From an uncultured Bacteroidales bacterium (GTDB lineage Bacteria > Bacteroidota > Bacteroidia > Bacteroidales > P3): a stretch of DNA of 64,000 nucleotides. The notes under the pieces were generated by a model that worked only from the letters and a program-made list of their open reading frames with translations, did not search any database and was not told the DNA's origin. Position numbers and translations under genes: made by a program. Where the stretch lies: assembly GCA_900318835.1 (NCBI GenBank), contig ONLW01000006.1, positions 12,327 to 76,326 of the forward strand, given 5' to 3'. Positions 8,834 to 16,288 of the stretch are shown piece after piece. Position 1 is the first letter of the stretch; each line of letters opens with the position of its first letter.

Positions 8834-9761
8834 GGATAATGTCGGTGACGAGGCGGTGGCGGATGACGTCGCTGTTGTCTAGCTGGATGATGTCGATTCC
8901 ATTTACATCCTTCAGAATTTGAACGGCTTGCAGCAGGCCACTCTGTTGGTGACGTGGCAGGTCGACTTGGGTGAGGTCACCTGTGATGACGAACTTGGCG
9001 TTGCGTCCCATGCGCGTGAGGAACATTTTTAATTGCGCCGAGGTAGCATTCTGTGCCTCGTCGAGGATGACAAAGGCGTTGTCCAGCGTGCGGCCGCGCA
9101 TGAAGGCCAGCGGTGCGATCTCGATGGTGTTGTCCTCCCAGTAGGAGAGCAGTTTCTGCTGTGGTATCATGTCGCGCAGGGCATCATACAGAGGCTGCAG
9201 GTAGGGGTCCAGCTTGTCGCGCAGGTCTCCCGGCAGGAAGCCGAGATTTTCACCGGCTTCGACGGCGGGACGCGTGAGGATGATGCGTCGTATCTCTTTG
9301 TTCTTCAGTGCACGTACGGCCATGGCTACGGCAGTGTAGGTCTTGCCGGTACCGGCGGGACCGATGGCAAAGACCATGTCGTGTTCGTACACCGAGCGCA
9401 CGAGGCGCTGCTGGTTGGGGGTGCGTGCCTTGATTAGCAGTCCGTTGCGGCCGTGCACCAGCACTTCGTCGCTCATCTCCGACTCCGGGCTGCCGCCACC
9501 GCTTTCCATAATGCCCATGATGGCGTTCTCGGTGATGCGGCCGAACTTGTCGTAGTAGGTCATCATGGCCTGCAGCTTGCCCTCGAACCAGGCAATGTCC
9601 TCCTCGCTGCCGATGGCTTTGAGCATCTCGCCGCGGGCAATGAGTTTCAGTTTCGGGAATAGCAGCCGCACAAAGTCGAGCATGCGGTCGTTGGTGCCCC
9701 AAAAGCGCGCATAATCAATTTCTTCCAGTGAAAAAATCTTCTCGTTCATTAATTCATTCAT
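8799..9761 (-). CDS. phoH: PhoH-family ATPase
   Basis: Walker A GPAGTGKTY and Walker B ILDEAQN. The listed TTG start (9774-9776) abuts the -7 box, so the start was moved to ATG 9759-9761. ATG 9747-9749 is also possible. Confidence 0.85.
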   Translation of the reverse strand: MNELMNEKIFSLEEIDYARFWGTNDRMLDFVRLLFPKLKLIARGEMLKAIGSEEDIAWFEGKLQAMMTYYDKFGRITENAIMGIMESGGGSPESEMSDEVLVHGRNGLLIKARTPNQQRLVRSVYEHDMVFAIGPAGTGKTYTAVAMAVRALKNKEIRRIILTRPAVEAGENLGFLPGDLRDKLDPYLQPLYDALRDMIPQQKLLSYWEDNTIEIAPLAFMRGRTLDNAFVILDEAQNATSAQLKMFLTRMGRNAKFVITGDLTQVDLPRHQQSGLLQAVQILKDVNGIDIIQLDNSDVIRHRLVTDIIRAYDNVPKLQD

Positions 9762-9765
9762 ATTG

Positions 9766-9773
9766 CAAAAGTA
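9766..9773 (-). promoter_or_regulatory. -7 box (TActTTTG) for phoH
   Basis: The minus strand reads CTTTGG-N20-TACTTTTG. This implies a very short leader. Confidence 0.65.
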
Positions 9774-9843
9774 CAAAACATTTTCCCAGTATCCAAAGAA
9801 AAGATATTAACATCTGTTAACAAACCTGTTTTTGCCCTAAGAA

Positions 9844-9930
9844 CTCCCTATCAACACCTACTGCGGTAGGAGATGGTAGGGAGTTGGTAAGGAGATGGTA
9901 GGGAGTTGGTAAGGAGATGGTAGGGAGTTT
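9844..9930 (-). repeat. Intergenic 11-mer-array palindromic element, copy 2 (largest array)
   Basis: CTCCCTATCAACACCTAC-TGC-GGTAGG, then six consecutive 11-nt units GTARGGAG(A/T)TG. This equals 2.8 copies of the 22-mer GGAGATGGTAGGGAGTTGGTAA at 9869-9929. Confidence 0.85.
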
Positions 9931-9998
9931 ATGGCTAGCGTTATGCATTGGTAATCATTGTAATAGGAATATGATTTGGCTCTTTTGAGAAAAAAATG

Positions 9999-10006
9999 TA
10001 TTTTTG
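9999..10006 (+). promoter_or_regulatory. -7 box (TAttTTTG) for the guanylyltransferase gene
   Basis: TTTG at 9975-9978, 20-nt spacer, TATTTTTG. The ATG is 56 nt downstream. Confidence 0.65.
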
Positions 10007-10061
10007 CATTTCTTTTTAGGATGAAAATGTTTTTGATTAACATAAATTAACAATTGGATAT

Positions 10062-11102
10062 ATGAATAATCACATCGTCATAATGGCCGGCGGCATTGGT
10101 AGCCGTTTCTGGCCCTTGAGCACCCCCGAGTTCCCCAAGCAGTTCATTGACATCTTGGGTTGCGGCCGTACGCTGATACAGCTCACCGTCGATCGCTTCA
10201 AGGGGGTGTGCCCGATGGAGAATTTCTGGGTGGTGACCAACGCCTCCTATGTCGATATTGTCCGTCAGCAGTTGCCGGAGATACCTGTCAATCATATTCT
10301 TGCCGAGCCTGCGGCACGCAACACGGCACCCTGCATCGCGTGGGCCTGCTGGCGCATCAAGGCCGAAGACTCCGAGGCCAATGTGGTGGTGACGCCCGCC
10401 GATGCCGTAGTGATGAACCCCGAGGAGTTTCGCCGCGTGATTGGCAATGCGCTGAAGTTTACCGAGAAGAGTGATGCCATCGTGACCGTCGGCATCAAGC
10501 CGTCGCGCCCCGAAACGGGTTACGGCTATGTAGAGACGCAGACCGATGCGTCTCCCGCCGAAAGTGAAATCCACAAGGTGGCGGCCTTCAAGGAGAAGCC
10601 TGATTTGGAGACGGCAGAGAAGTACCTGAAGGCGGGGAATTATTTGTGGAATGCCGGCATTTTCGTGTGGAATGTGAAGACAATCATCGAGGCTATAAAG
10701 ACATATAAACCCAACATTTCCAGCGATATGGAACGAATGAAAACGGAGGCCGACGTGCAGGAGGTGTTCCCGCAATGTGAGAAGATCAGCATCGACTACG
10801 CCGTGATGGAGCCTGCCGCTGCCGACGGTAAGGTATATACCCACCCTGCCGATTTCGGATGGAGCGACCTTGGCAACTGGGCTTCGCTGCACGACAAGCT
10901 TCAGAAAGACAGCGAGAACAATGGCGCCGTGGGCAAGGTGCGTCTATATGAATGCAAGAATTGTGTGGTGCATGCCGAGGATGCCTCGAAGGTTGTCCTT
11001 CAGGGACTTGACGGCTACATCGTTTCTGCCAAGGGTGACCGCCTGCTGGTATGCAAACGCAGTGAGGAGCAGCGCATCAAGGAGTTTTCACAGGCCGACT
11101 AA
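10062..11102 (+). CDS. manC: Mannose-1-phosphate guanylyltransferase (nucleotidyltransferase domain only)
   Basis: N-terminal IMAGGIGSRFWPLS and KQF motif. At 346 aa it has no C-terminal PMI/cupin domain. Confidence 0.8.
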   Translation: MNNHIVIMAGGIGSRFWPLSTPEFPKQFIDILGCGRTLIQLTVDRFKGVCPMENFWVVTNASYVDIVRQQLPEIPVNHILAEPAARNTAPCIAWACWRIKAEDSEANVVVTPADAVVMNPEEFRRVIGNALKFTEKSDAIVTVGIKPSRPETGYGYVETQTDASPAESEIHKVAAFKEKPDLETAEKYLKAGNYLWNAGIFVWNVKTIIEAIKTYKPNISSDMERMKTEADVQEVFPQCEKISIDYAVMEPAAADGKVYTHPADFGWSDLGNWASLHDKLQKDSENNGAVGKVRLYECKNCVVHAEDASKVVLQGLDGYIVSAKGDRLLVCKRSEEQRIKEFSQAD

Positions 11103-11116
11103 ACGTTATATATATA

Positions 11117-11293
11117 ATGAATACGATAATTATTGTGGCACTCATCGCTGTGGGCGTTGTAGGACTGATGATGGCCGGTTTGGGTCTCAAGATGCTTCTG
11201 CATAAGGAGAAAGAGTTCAAGCGGCCTTGCGCCAACGCCGACCCCAAGACGGGGCGGTGCGCCAACTGTACCTGTGGAAAAAAGAAGAAATAG
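11117..11293 (+). CDS. 58-aa membrane peptide with a Cys-rich basic tail (not in the ORF track)
   Basis: My translation is MNTIIIVALIAVGVVGLMMAGLGLKMLLHKEKEFKRPCANADPKTGRCANCTCGKKKK. One TM helix plus a C-X10-C-X2-C-X-C tail. It resembles FeoB-associated/p12-type Cys-rich mini-proteins and is followed by a terminator. Confidence 0.4.
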   Translation: MNTIIIVALIAVGVVGLMMAGLGLKMLLHKEKEFKRPCANADPKTGRCANCTCGKKKK

Positions 11294-11294
11294 A

Positions 11295-11325
11295 AAGCGG
11301 GACCGTGAGGTCCCGCTTCTGTTTC
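11295..11325. terminator. Bidirectional intrinsic terminator between convergent genes
   Basis: AAGCGGGACC-gtga-GGTCCCGCTT (10-bp stem) followed by CTGTTTCTT. Confidence 0.7.
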
Positions 11326-13392
11326 TTAGATGGTTAGCTTGGCGCCGAAGAGGAGTGTGCGTGGTAGTGAAGGGCCGTAGATGTAGGCGGCGTCGCGTTC
11401 GGGGCCACTGTCGAGGTCGCGCTGGTATCTGTTGAAGATGTTTTGCAATCCAATGCTGATTTCCAGCTCGGTGCGTTCTCCAAAGGGGATGCTGTAGGCG
11501 GCTTTGAGCGAGAGATCGAGGAAGGAGTCGGTGATGACTTTCTGTACTTCGCTGCCACTGCCGTGCTTGGCGTCGTTAGCCACACTGTGGTAGACTAGCA
11601 TGGGACCGGTGAATGTGCCGGTGGCGGTGATTTGCAGGTGCTTGAAGGGGCTGTAGCTGCCGGTGAGGTAGGCGTAGAAGTCGGGCGTGCGCTCCATGCG
11701 GCGCTCATATTGGCCTTCTTCCCATTCCTTTCCCTGGCCGGTGTAGAGGCTGCTCTGCCAAGTGCCGCCAAGCTGCAGGCGCATGGCCTCGATGGGCGAG
11801 ATGGTCATCTCGACGTTGACGCCCATCACTTCGGCCCCGTTGGCGTTGCGACGCTCGTAGTGCATGTAGCCACTGGTGGTGTCGTCGAAAAGCAGCTCAT
11901 TGACAAAGGCATCGTTGATGCGGGTATAGAACCCTTCGATGAGCACGTCGGCCTCGAGGCTGCCGAGGTGCAGGCAAATGTCGGTCGAGCCGGTGATTGA
12001 GTGCGACTGCTCCATGCGGAGGTCGGGGGCATTAGTGATTTTGTATAGCTCGCCGTTGACGGCACCTACATGCAGGTCCTCGTCGTAGACCTGTGGCGCG
12101 CGGAAGCCCGAGGCATAGCCGACGCGGAGGGCCAGATGGTCGTTGGGGGCGTAGCGCAGGTTGAGGCGCGGGCTGACGACGGGAGCGTCAATCATCGTGT
12201 GTTTGTCCATGCGAGCTCCCACGAGGATGCTCCAGCGGAGGTTCTTCCATTCGTTCTGCAGGTAGGCGCTCAGGATGCCGATGTTCTGGCGTAGGGTTTC
12301 GGGACTGCCATAGGTGTGGTCTTTCAGACGGTCGAGGGTGTGCTCTAGGCCGGCGGTGAATTCGGCTGGCATGAGCCAAAGTGTGTCGAAATGGCGGCTG
12401 TAGAGAGCACCGTAGTTGAGTGTGAGGTCCTGCGTGTAGCCATAGGCGGTACCGAAGGGTTCATCGTCTTCGCGCTCGCCGTAGTAGCTCTCACGGTCGA
12501 CATGCTGCATCGAGGCAAAGAGCGAGGCATGGCGCAGGCCGCTGGCGGGCAGCCAGTCCCATTTAAGGCTGGCACTGTGGATGTCGTGCTCACCGCCTTC
12601 GGAGATGTGGGCCATGGGCGACGGCAGGTCGAAGCAATCGCCGCCGCGGCGGAAGTCGTGGATGTTATGGTATTCGAGGTTGAGCTTGGTGAAGTCTGAG
12701 GTGCGCAGGTAGCCGCGGAAGCCCACCATACGGGCCTTGAGCAGACCGATTTCGGAGTAGCCGTCGCCGTTATGGTCGTAAGGTTCGCGGTGACGGTTGT
12801 GGCCAAAGACAGCGATGCCTGCACGGCGGTCGTCGCTGACAACGGAGGCGTTGAACGAGTTGGAGAAATCCCAGCTCTTCCCGCCAATGAGGCTTGTTGT
12901 GTTGCCTACGCTGGCCTCATTGTATCGGGGCTCGCGGGTAATAACATTGATGACGCCGGCTATGGCGTTGCTGCCATAGAGTGCAGAGCCGCCGCCACGC
13001 AGCACCTCCACACGGTCAATCAAGGCTGTGGGCAGCTGGTCGAGTAGGTAAATTCCCGCCAGCGCACTGTTTACCGGACGGCTGTCGATGAGAATCTGTG
13101 AGTAAGCCTGGCCGAGACCATTGATACGCACCTCGTTGGCGCCGCAGTTTTGGCAAGTGTTCTCCACCCGCAGACCTGTGCTGAAGTTGAGGGCCTGGCC
13201 AAGGTTGACGGCGCTTGCAGCCTCCATCTGCCCGCCATCAATGACACCTACGGCTGTGGGCGCCTCACTACGCGAGGTGGCATGCTGTGTGGCCGTGACC
13301 ACTACTTGGCGCAGACGGATGGTGTCGCTGTGGCTCTGCGCCGTAGCCATCAGCGGAAAAATAGTTATGATTGTGATGATTATTTTCTTCAT
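11326..13392 (-). CDS. TonB-dependent receptor
   Basis: Signal peptide. Plug domain with VVVTATQ, CQNCG and RVEVLRGGGSALYGSNA. GFRAPQVYDEDLHVGAV...NAPDLRME boxes. C-terminal barrel. Confidence 0.85.
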   Translation of the reverse strand: MKKIIITIITIFPLMATAQSHSDTIRLRQVVVTATQHATSRSEAPTAVGVIDGGQMEAASAVNLGQALNFSTGLRVENTCQNCGANEVRINGLGQAYSQILIDSRPVNSALAGIYLLDQLPTALIDRVEVLRGGGSALYGSNAIAGVINVITREPRYNEASVGNTTSLIGGKSWDFSNSFNASVVSDDRRAGIAVFGHNRHREPYDHNGDGYSEIGLLKARMVGFRGYLRTSDFTKLNLEYHNIHDFRRGGDCFDLPSPMAHISEGGEHDIHSASLKWDWLPASGLRHASLFASMQHVDRESYYGEREDDEPFGTAYGYTQDLTLNYGALYSRHFDTLWLMPAEFTAGLEHTLDRLKDHTYGSPETLRQNIGILSAYLQNEWKNLRWSILVGARMDKHTMIDAPVVSPRLNLRYAPNDHLALRVGYASGFRAPQVYDEDLHVGAVNGELYKITNAPDLRMEQSHSITGSTDICLHLGSLEADVLIEGFYTRINDAFVNELLFDDTTSGYMHYERRNANGAEVMGVNVEMTISPIEAMRLQLGGTWQSSLYTGQGKEWEEGQYERRMERTPDFYAYLTGSYSPFKHLQITATGTFTGPMLVYHSVANDAKHGSGSEVQKVITDSFLDLSLKAAYSIPFGERTELEISIGLQNIFNRYQRDLDSGPERDAAYIYGPSLPRTLLFGAKLTI

Positions 13393-13476
13393 AAAATGGT
13401 TTGATGTTTGAATAATGCACTAAAGCTGCCTAGTGATTCTAGGCAGACCTGATGGACTGTAAATGTTGGAAGATAC

Positions 13477-13806
13477 TTACGCCACCGGCGGTGCCCGCAG
13501 TTGTGCCACCCCATGGTGGAGCAGCATCGTCGGATTGGATGCCGACGAGAGAAGCATCTCCGCGGTGGGGAGGAGGATTGTCGATTGCCCCATGGCCTGA
13601 CTGAGATAGTCCAGGCTGAGGAAATGGCAATATTGGCAGTCGGATTGGTGATGGTGTTGCGCCTCGAAGTGACCGACGCATTGCAGGCAGTCGTCGTGGA
13701 GGTCAACAGTGTCATGATGGACGTGCAGCGACGACATTACCAGCATTGGCAGGTAGGCTGCCAACAGCACTATCGGGGCAATATGTCGCAATGCACGGTG
13801 GTTCAT
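13477..13806 (-). CDS. Membrane-anchored His/Cys-rich protein, putative metal-binding partner of the receptor
   Basis: One N-terminal TM segment, then HVHHDTVDLHDDCLQCVGHFEAQHHHQSDCQYCH (two CxxC motifs plus His clusters). Overlaps the upstream gene by 4 nt. Confidence 0.5.
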   Translation of the reverse strand: MNHRALRHIAPIVLLAAYLPMLVMSSLHVHHDTVDLHDDCLQCVGHFEAQHHHQSDCQYCHFLSLDYLSQAMGQSTILLPTAEMLLSSASNPTMLLHHGVAQLRAPPVA

Positions 13807-14090
13807 TTCTTTTTCTTCGGGTTGGCAGGAAACCAGCCTTTTCTTACGCGCTCACGCTGCTGGAAAAGTTCCAGGATTGACCAGAAACTGGAGAATGCCA
13901 CCACGCCAAGGATGGTCGAGGGAATGATGGCAGCGACCGCCAGCGATGCTGCCAGGCAACCGATGCCTGCCAGCAGAAACATCCACCAGCAACGCACTCC
14001 AAGATGGTATTCGGATTTGATGACGATGGGGTGAAAAAGCCCGATGCAGAGGAATGTGGCCGCCCCAATGATGATTCCAGTATAGTTCAT
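13803..14090 (-). CDS. DUF4491-family small membrane protein
   Basis: MNYTGIIIGAATFLCIGLFHPIVIKSEYH... Start moved to ATG 14088-14090. The listed GTG start at 14196-14198 would run through the tRNA terminator and the promoter. Confidence 0.6.
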   Translation of the reverse strand: MNYTGIIIGAATFLCIGLFHPIVIKSEYHLGVRCWWMFLLAGIGCLAASLAVAAIIPSTILGVVAFSSFWSILELFQQRERVRKGWFPANPKKKK

Positions 14091-14141
14091 TTCGCAGATA
14101 GTCAATAGCTTGTTATAAACGCTTCGCTTGCTAACCGGTTG

Positions 14142-14149
14142 CAAAGATA
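14142..14149 (-). promoter_or_regulatory. -7 box (TAtcTTTG) for the DUF4491 / His-Cys protein / receptor operon
   Basis: The minus strand reads GTTGTATCTTTGCAACC, about 50 nt upstream of the ATG at 14090. Confidence 0.6.
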
Positions 14150-14185
14150 CAACTTTTTTGTCGACCACGCAATACCTAAATATAA

Positions 14186-14216
14186 TGAAAAAGAGCACAG
14201 GCTTAATCTGTGCTCT
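14186..14216 (-). terminator. Intrinsic terminator of tRNA-Asn
   Basis: AGAGCACAG-7 nt-CTGTGCTCT stem at 14192-14216, followed on the minus strand by TTTTT. Confidence 0.75.
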
Positions 14217-14220
14217 CTTG

Positions 14221-14294
14221 CTCCCCCTGAAGGACTTGAACCTTCGACCCCCTGATTAACAGTCAGGTGCTCTAACCAACTGAGCTAAGGAGGA
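14221..14294 (-). tRNA. tRNA-Asn (anticodon GTT)
   Basis: The reverse complement is TCCTCCTTAGCTCAGTTGGTTAGAGCACCTGACTGTTAATCAGGGGGTCGAAGGTTCAAGTCCTTCAGGGGGAG. It folds as a cloverleaf: acceptor TCCTCCT/AGGGGGA, anticodon stem CCTGA/TCAGG with loop CTGTTAA, T-arm GAAGG-TTCAAGT-CCTTC. Confidence 0.9.
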
Positions 14295-14324
14295 ATGTTG
14301 GTGTTTCTCTCTTGAAATCGGGTG

Positions 14325-14332
14325 CAAAAGTA
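14325..14332 (-). promoter_or_regulatory. -7 box (TActTTTG) for tRNA-Asn
   Basis: The minus strand reads ATTCGTACTTTTGCACCC, about 30 nt upstream of the mature 5' end. Confidence 0.6.
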
Positions 14333-14386
14333 CGAATAATTCTAATACTGACCAAATTTTTTTTGAAAATATTTTTACTTTTTATC

Positions 14387-15199
14387 TTAACTTATTGTGG
14401 ATTCGATGGATATATTTTTCAATTCCTCTACCATATCGGAGGCTATGAGGCTGGATTCGGACTGTTTTTGCACCAAATTGTCTCCGATTTGGCCGTGAAT
14501 CTGTACTCCAAGGCATACAGATTTGAATAAGTTGCTGGGTTTCTGTGCGGTAATTCCGAGTAAGATGCCTGTCAGCACGTCTCCACTACCGGCAGTTGCC
14601 ATGCCTGCGTTCCCTGTAAGGTTCTCATACACAAGTCCGTCTGGGGTGTAGATGTGGGTGTGATGCGATTTTTTTACAATAAATATATTGTGACGTTGCG
14701 CCATTTCGGCCGGGTCGGCGTCACCGAAGAGGCGTGCGTATTCGCGGGCATGGGGTGTAAGGACGGCGCCGGAGGCCAGCGGCAGCCATTTTTTGTTCAG
14801 GGCCAGTATGTTGAGGGCGTCGGCATCGAGGATGAGGGGGATGCCTTCAAGGTGACGGTACTCCGTGAGCAGGTCGTGGAGTGCCTGGCAGGTGAACTCG
14901 TCGGTGCCGATACCGGGGCCGACTGCGAGGGCGGTATAGTGGTCGAGGTGGGGTGGGGGAGCGGTGAAAACCGTGTCGCAGGCATCAGGGCTCACCATGG
15001 CCTCGGGAAAAGCCGCCTGCATGGGATCGACGCAACGCCACGGCAGGTGGGCGCTCACCAGGCCACAGCCCGAACGCAGCGCCGCCCGTGCGGCCAGGAT
15101 GGCGCAACCCATACGCCCGTGGGCCCCGGCAATCAAAAGCCCGTGGCCATAGTCGTGTTTTGTGGTCTCTTGGTTTCTCATTCTTATAATCAGTTGCAT
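14387..15199 (-). CDS. nnrD: ADP-dependent NAD(P)H-hydrate dehydratase (stand-alone YjeF C-terminal domain)
   Basis: GHGLLIAGAHGRMGCAILAARAALRSGCG and GSGDVLTGILLG motifs. No N-terminal epimerase domain. Confidence 0.75.
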   Translation of the reverse strand: MQLIIRMRNQETTKHDYGHGLLIAGAHGRMGCAILAARAALRSGCGLVSAHLPWRCVDPMQAAFPEAMVSPDACDTVFTAPPPHLDHYTALAVGPGIGTDEFTCQALHDLLTEYRHLEGIPLILDADALNILALNKKWLPLASGAVLTPHAREYARLFGDADPAEMAQRHNIFIVKKSHHTHIYTPDGLVYENLTGNAGMATAGSGDVLTGILLGITAQKPSNLFKSVCLGVQIHGQIGDNLVQKQSESSLIASDMVEELKNISIESTIS

Positions 15200-15945
15200 T
15201 TTCCGTCGGGAGTGCAGACTTCGGGTGTGGGGGTATGGGAGAGAGTGTCTACCTTGCTGTAGTCCAGTTCGGTAACAGGTACGGTGATGTCTCTTATGTC
15301 GGTGGGACCGAAGGATTTGGCACCGGATTCATCGATGACAATGGTGCATTTCATACGGCCCTGAGGGTCGAGCATCAGTGTGGTGGGCACGCCGTCGACG
15401 CTGGTAATAGGTTGTTTTTGAGGCGCTATTGCGTTCGCAATATTGTTCAGGCGATCCTCGGCCACGTCGCAACCCAACTCGGCATGGCTCTCGCCATCAT
15501 GCCGGAAAACATTCCATACAACCGACCACATGTTCTTCATCATCAGTGGCCGGTATTGTGGCAGAGTGTCGTTTATCCAGTAGCGGGGTGAGTCTATGTG
15601 GCTGGCTTTGAATACCATGTCCATGTACTGTGCCGAGCTGTAGTCGACCTCCACGAAGTACCAGTGCACCAAGTTGCTGTCGCATTCGGCCATTTTCTTT
15701 GGGTAGACGTCGCGCATGTTTATTCCGCAGTAGCCACAGCATGAACTTGTCAGTACCACCACTTTGTAGTGTGTCGAGTCGGAGGCAATCAGCTGCCTCA
15801 ACTGTTCTACCGTGATGGGGGTGAGCTCGTTCATTTTGAGTACTCTACGGTAGTTCTTCTCGGTGGGCTTCGATATCCAGATATTGCAGCCCGTCAGCAG
15901 TAGACAAATAAGAGTTCCGAGGATAAGTGTTTTTTTCATTTTCAT
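15190..15945 (-). CDS. Lipoprotein with a thioredoxin-like CxxC motif
   Basis: Lipobox LTGC. VVVLTSSCCGYCG looks like a thioredoxin-fold active site. Function unknown. Confidence 0.4.
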   Translation of the reverse strand: MKMKKTLILGTLICLLLTGCNIWISKPTEKNYRRVLKMNELTPITVEQLRQLIASDSTHYKVVVLTSSCCGYCGINMRDVYPKKMAECDSNLVHWYFVEVDYSSAQYMDMVFKASHIDSPRYWINDTLPQYRPLMMKNMWSVVWNVFRHDGESHAELGCDVAEDRLNNIANAIAPQKQPITSVDGVPTTLMLDPQGRMKCTIVIDESGAKSFGPTDIRDITVPVTELDYSKVDTLSHTPTPEVCTPDGKCN

Positions 15946-16140
15946 TAGTAACGTGTTTTTTGAGGGTTTATTGTTCGTTTTTTTTTTAGTAGACGAAAGG
16001 AGGGCCGAAATCTTACACGGCCCTCGCTTCCGACCTCTCGGAAACGTAGAAAATACGTTGGTTGTATATGATTGGTTATCAGTGAGATGCTTTTTTGTAC
16101 AGTTGGAATGTTAGATAATGGGTAACTGGCTGTAAACCAG

Positions 16141-16193
16141 TTATCAACTCCCTACCAACTCCTAACCAACTCCTACCATAGTAGGTGTTGGTC
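16141..16193 (+). repeat. Intergenic 11-mer-array palindromic element, copy 3
   Basis: TTATCAACTCCCTACCAACTCCTAACCAACTCCTACC-ATA-GTAGGTGTTGGTC. Confidence 0.8.
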
Positions 16194-16224
16194 TGTTTTT
16201 GGTAGTTTTTTGTGCTCAATTTGC

Positions 16225-16263
16225 CATAAAAAGAAAAGCCCTACGGGCTATCCTCGTAGGGCT
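16225..16263 (-). terminator. Intrinsic terminator of proS
   Basis: AGCCCTACG-9 nt-CGTAGGGCT, followed on the minus strand by TTTCTTTTTAT. Confidence 0.75.
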
Positions 16264-16288
16264 GTTAATCGGCAAAATTTGTCGGTGG

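Noticed and set aside
9865-9930. Possible CRISPR array or plasmid-type iteron origin
   Set aside because: The repeats are directly abutting with no unique spacers, and there are no cas or rep genes in the window. The same unit recurs at five other loci. I treat it as a dispersed repeat family; the iteron-like periodicity is noted in the findings.
9858-10043. A 61-aa ORF across repeat copy 2
   Set aside because: It is a translation of the 11-mer array (..LPSPYQLPTISLPTPYHLLPQ) plus promoter DNA, so it is a repeat-derived artefact.
10047-10892. A 281-aa minus-strand ORF
   Set aside because: It is antisense to the mannose-1-phosphate guanylyltransferase gene, which has clear nucleotidyltransferase motifs.
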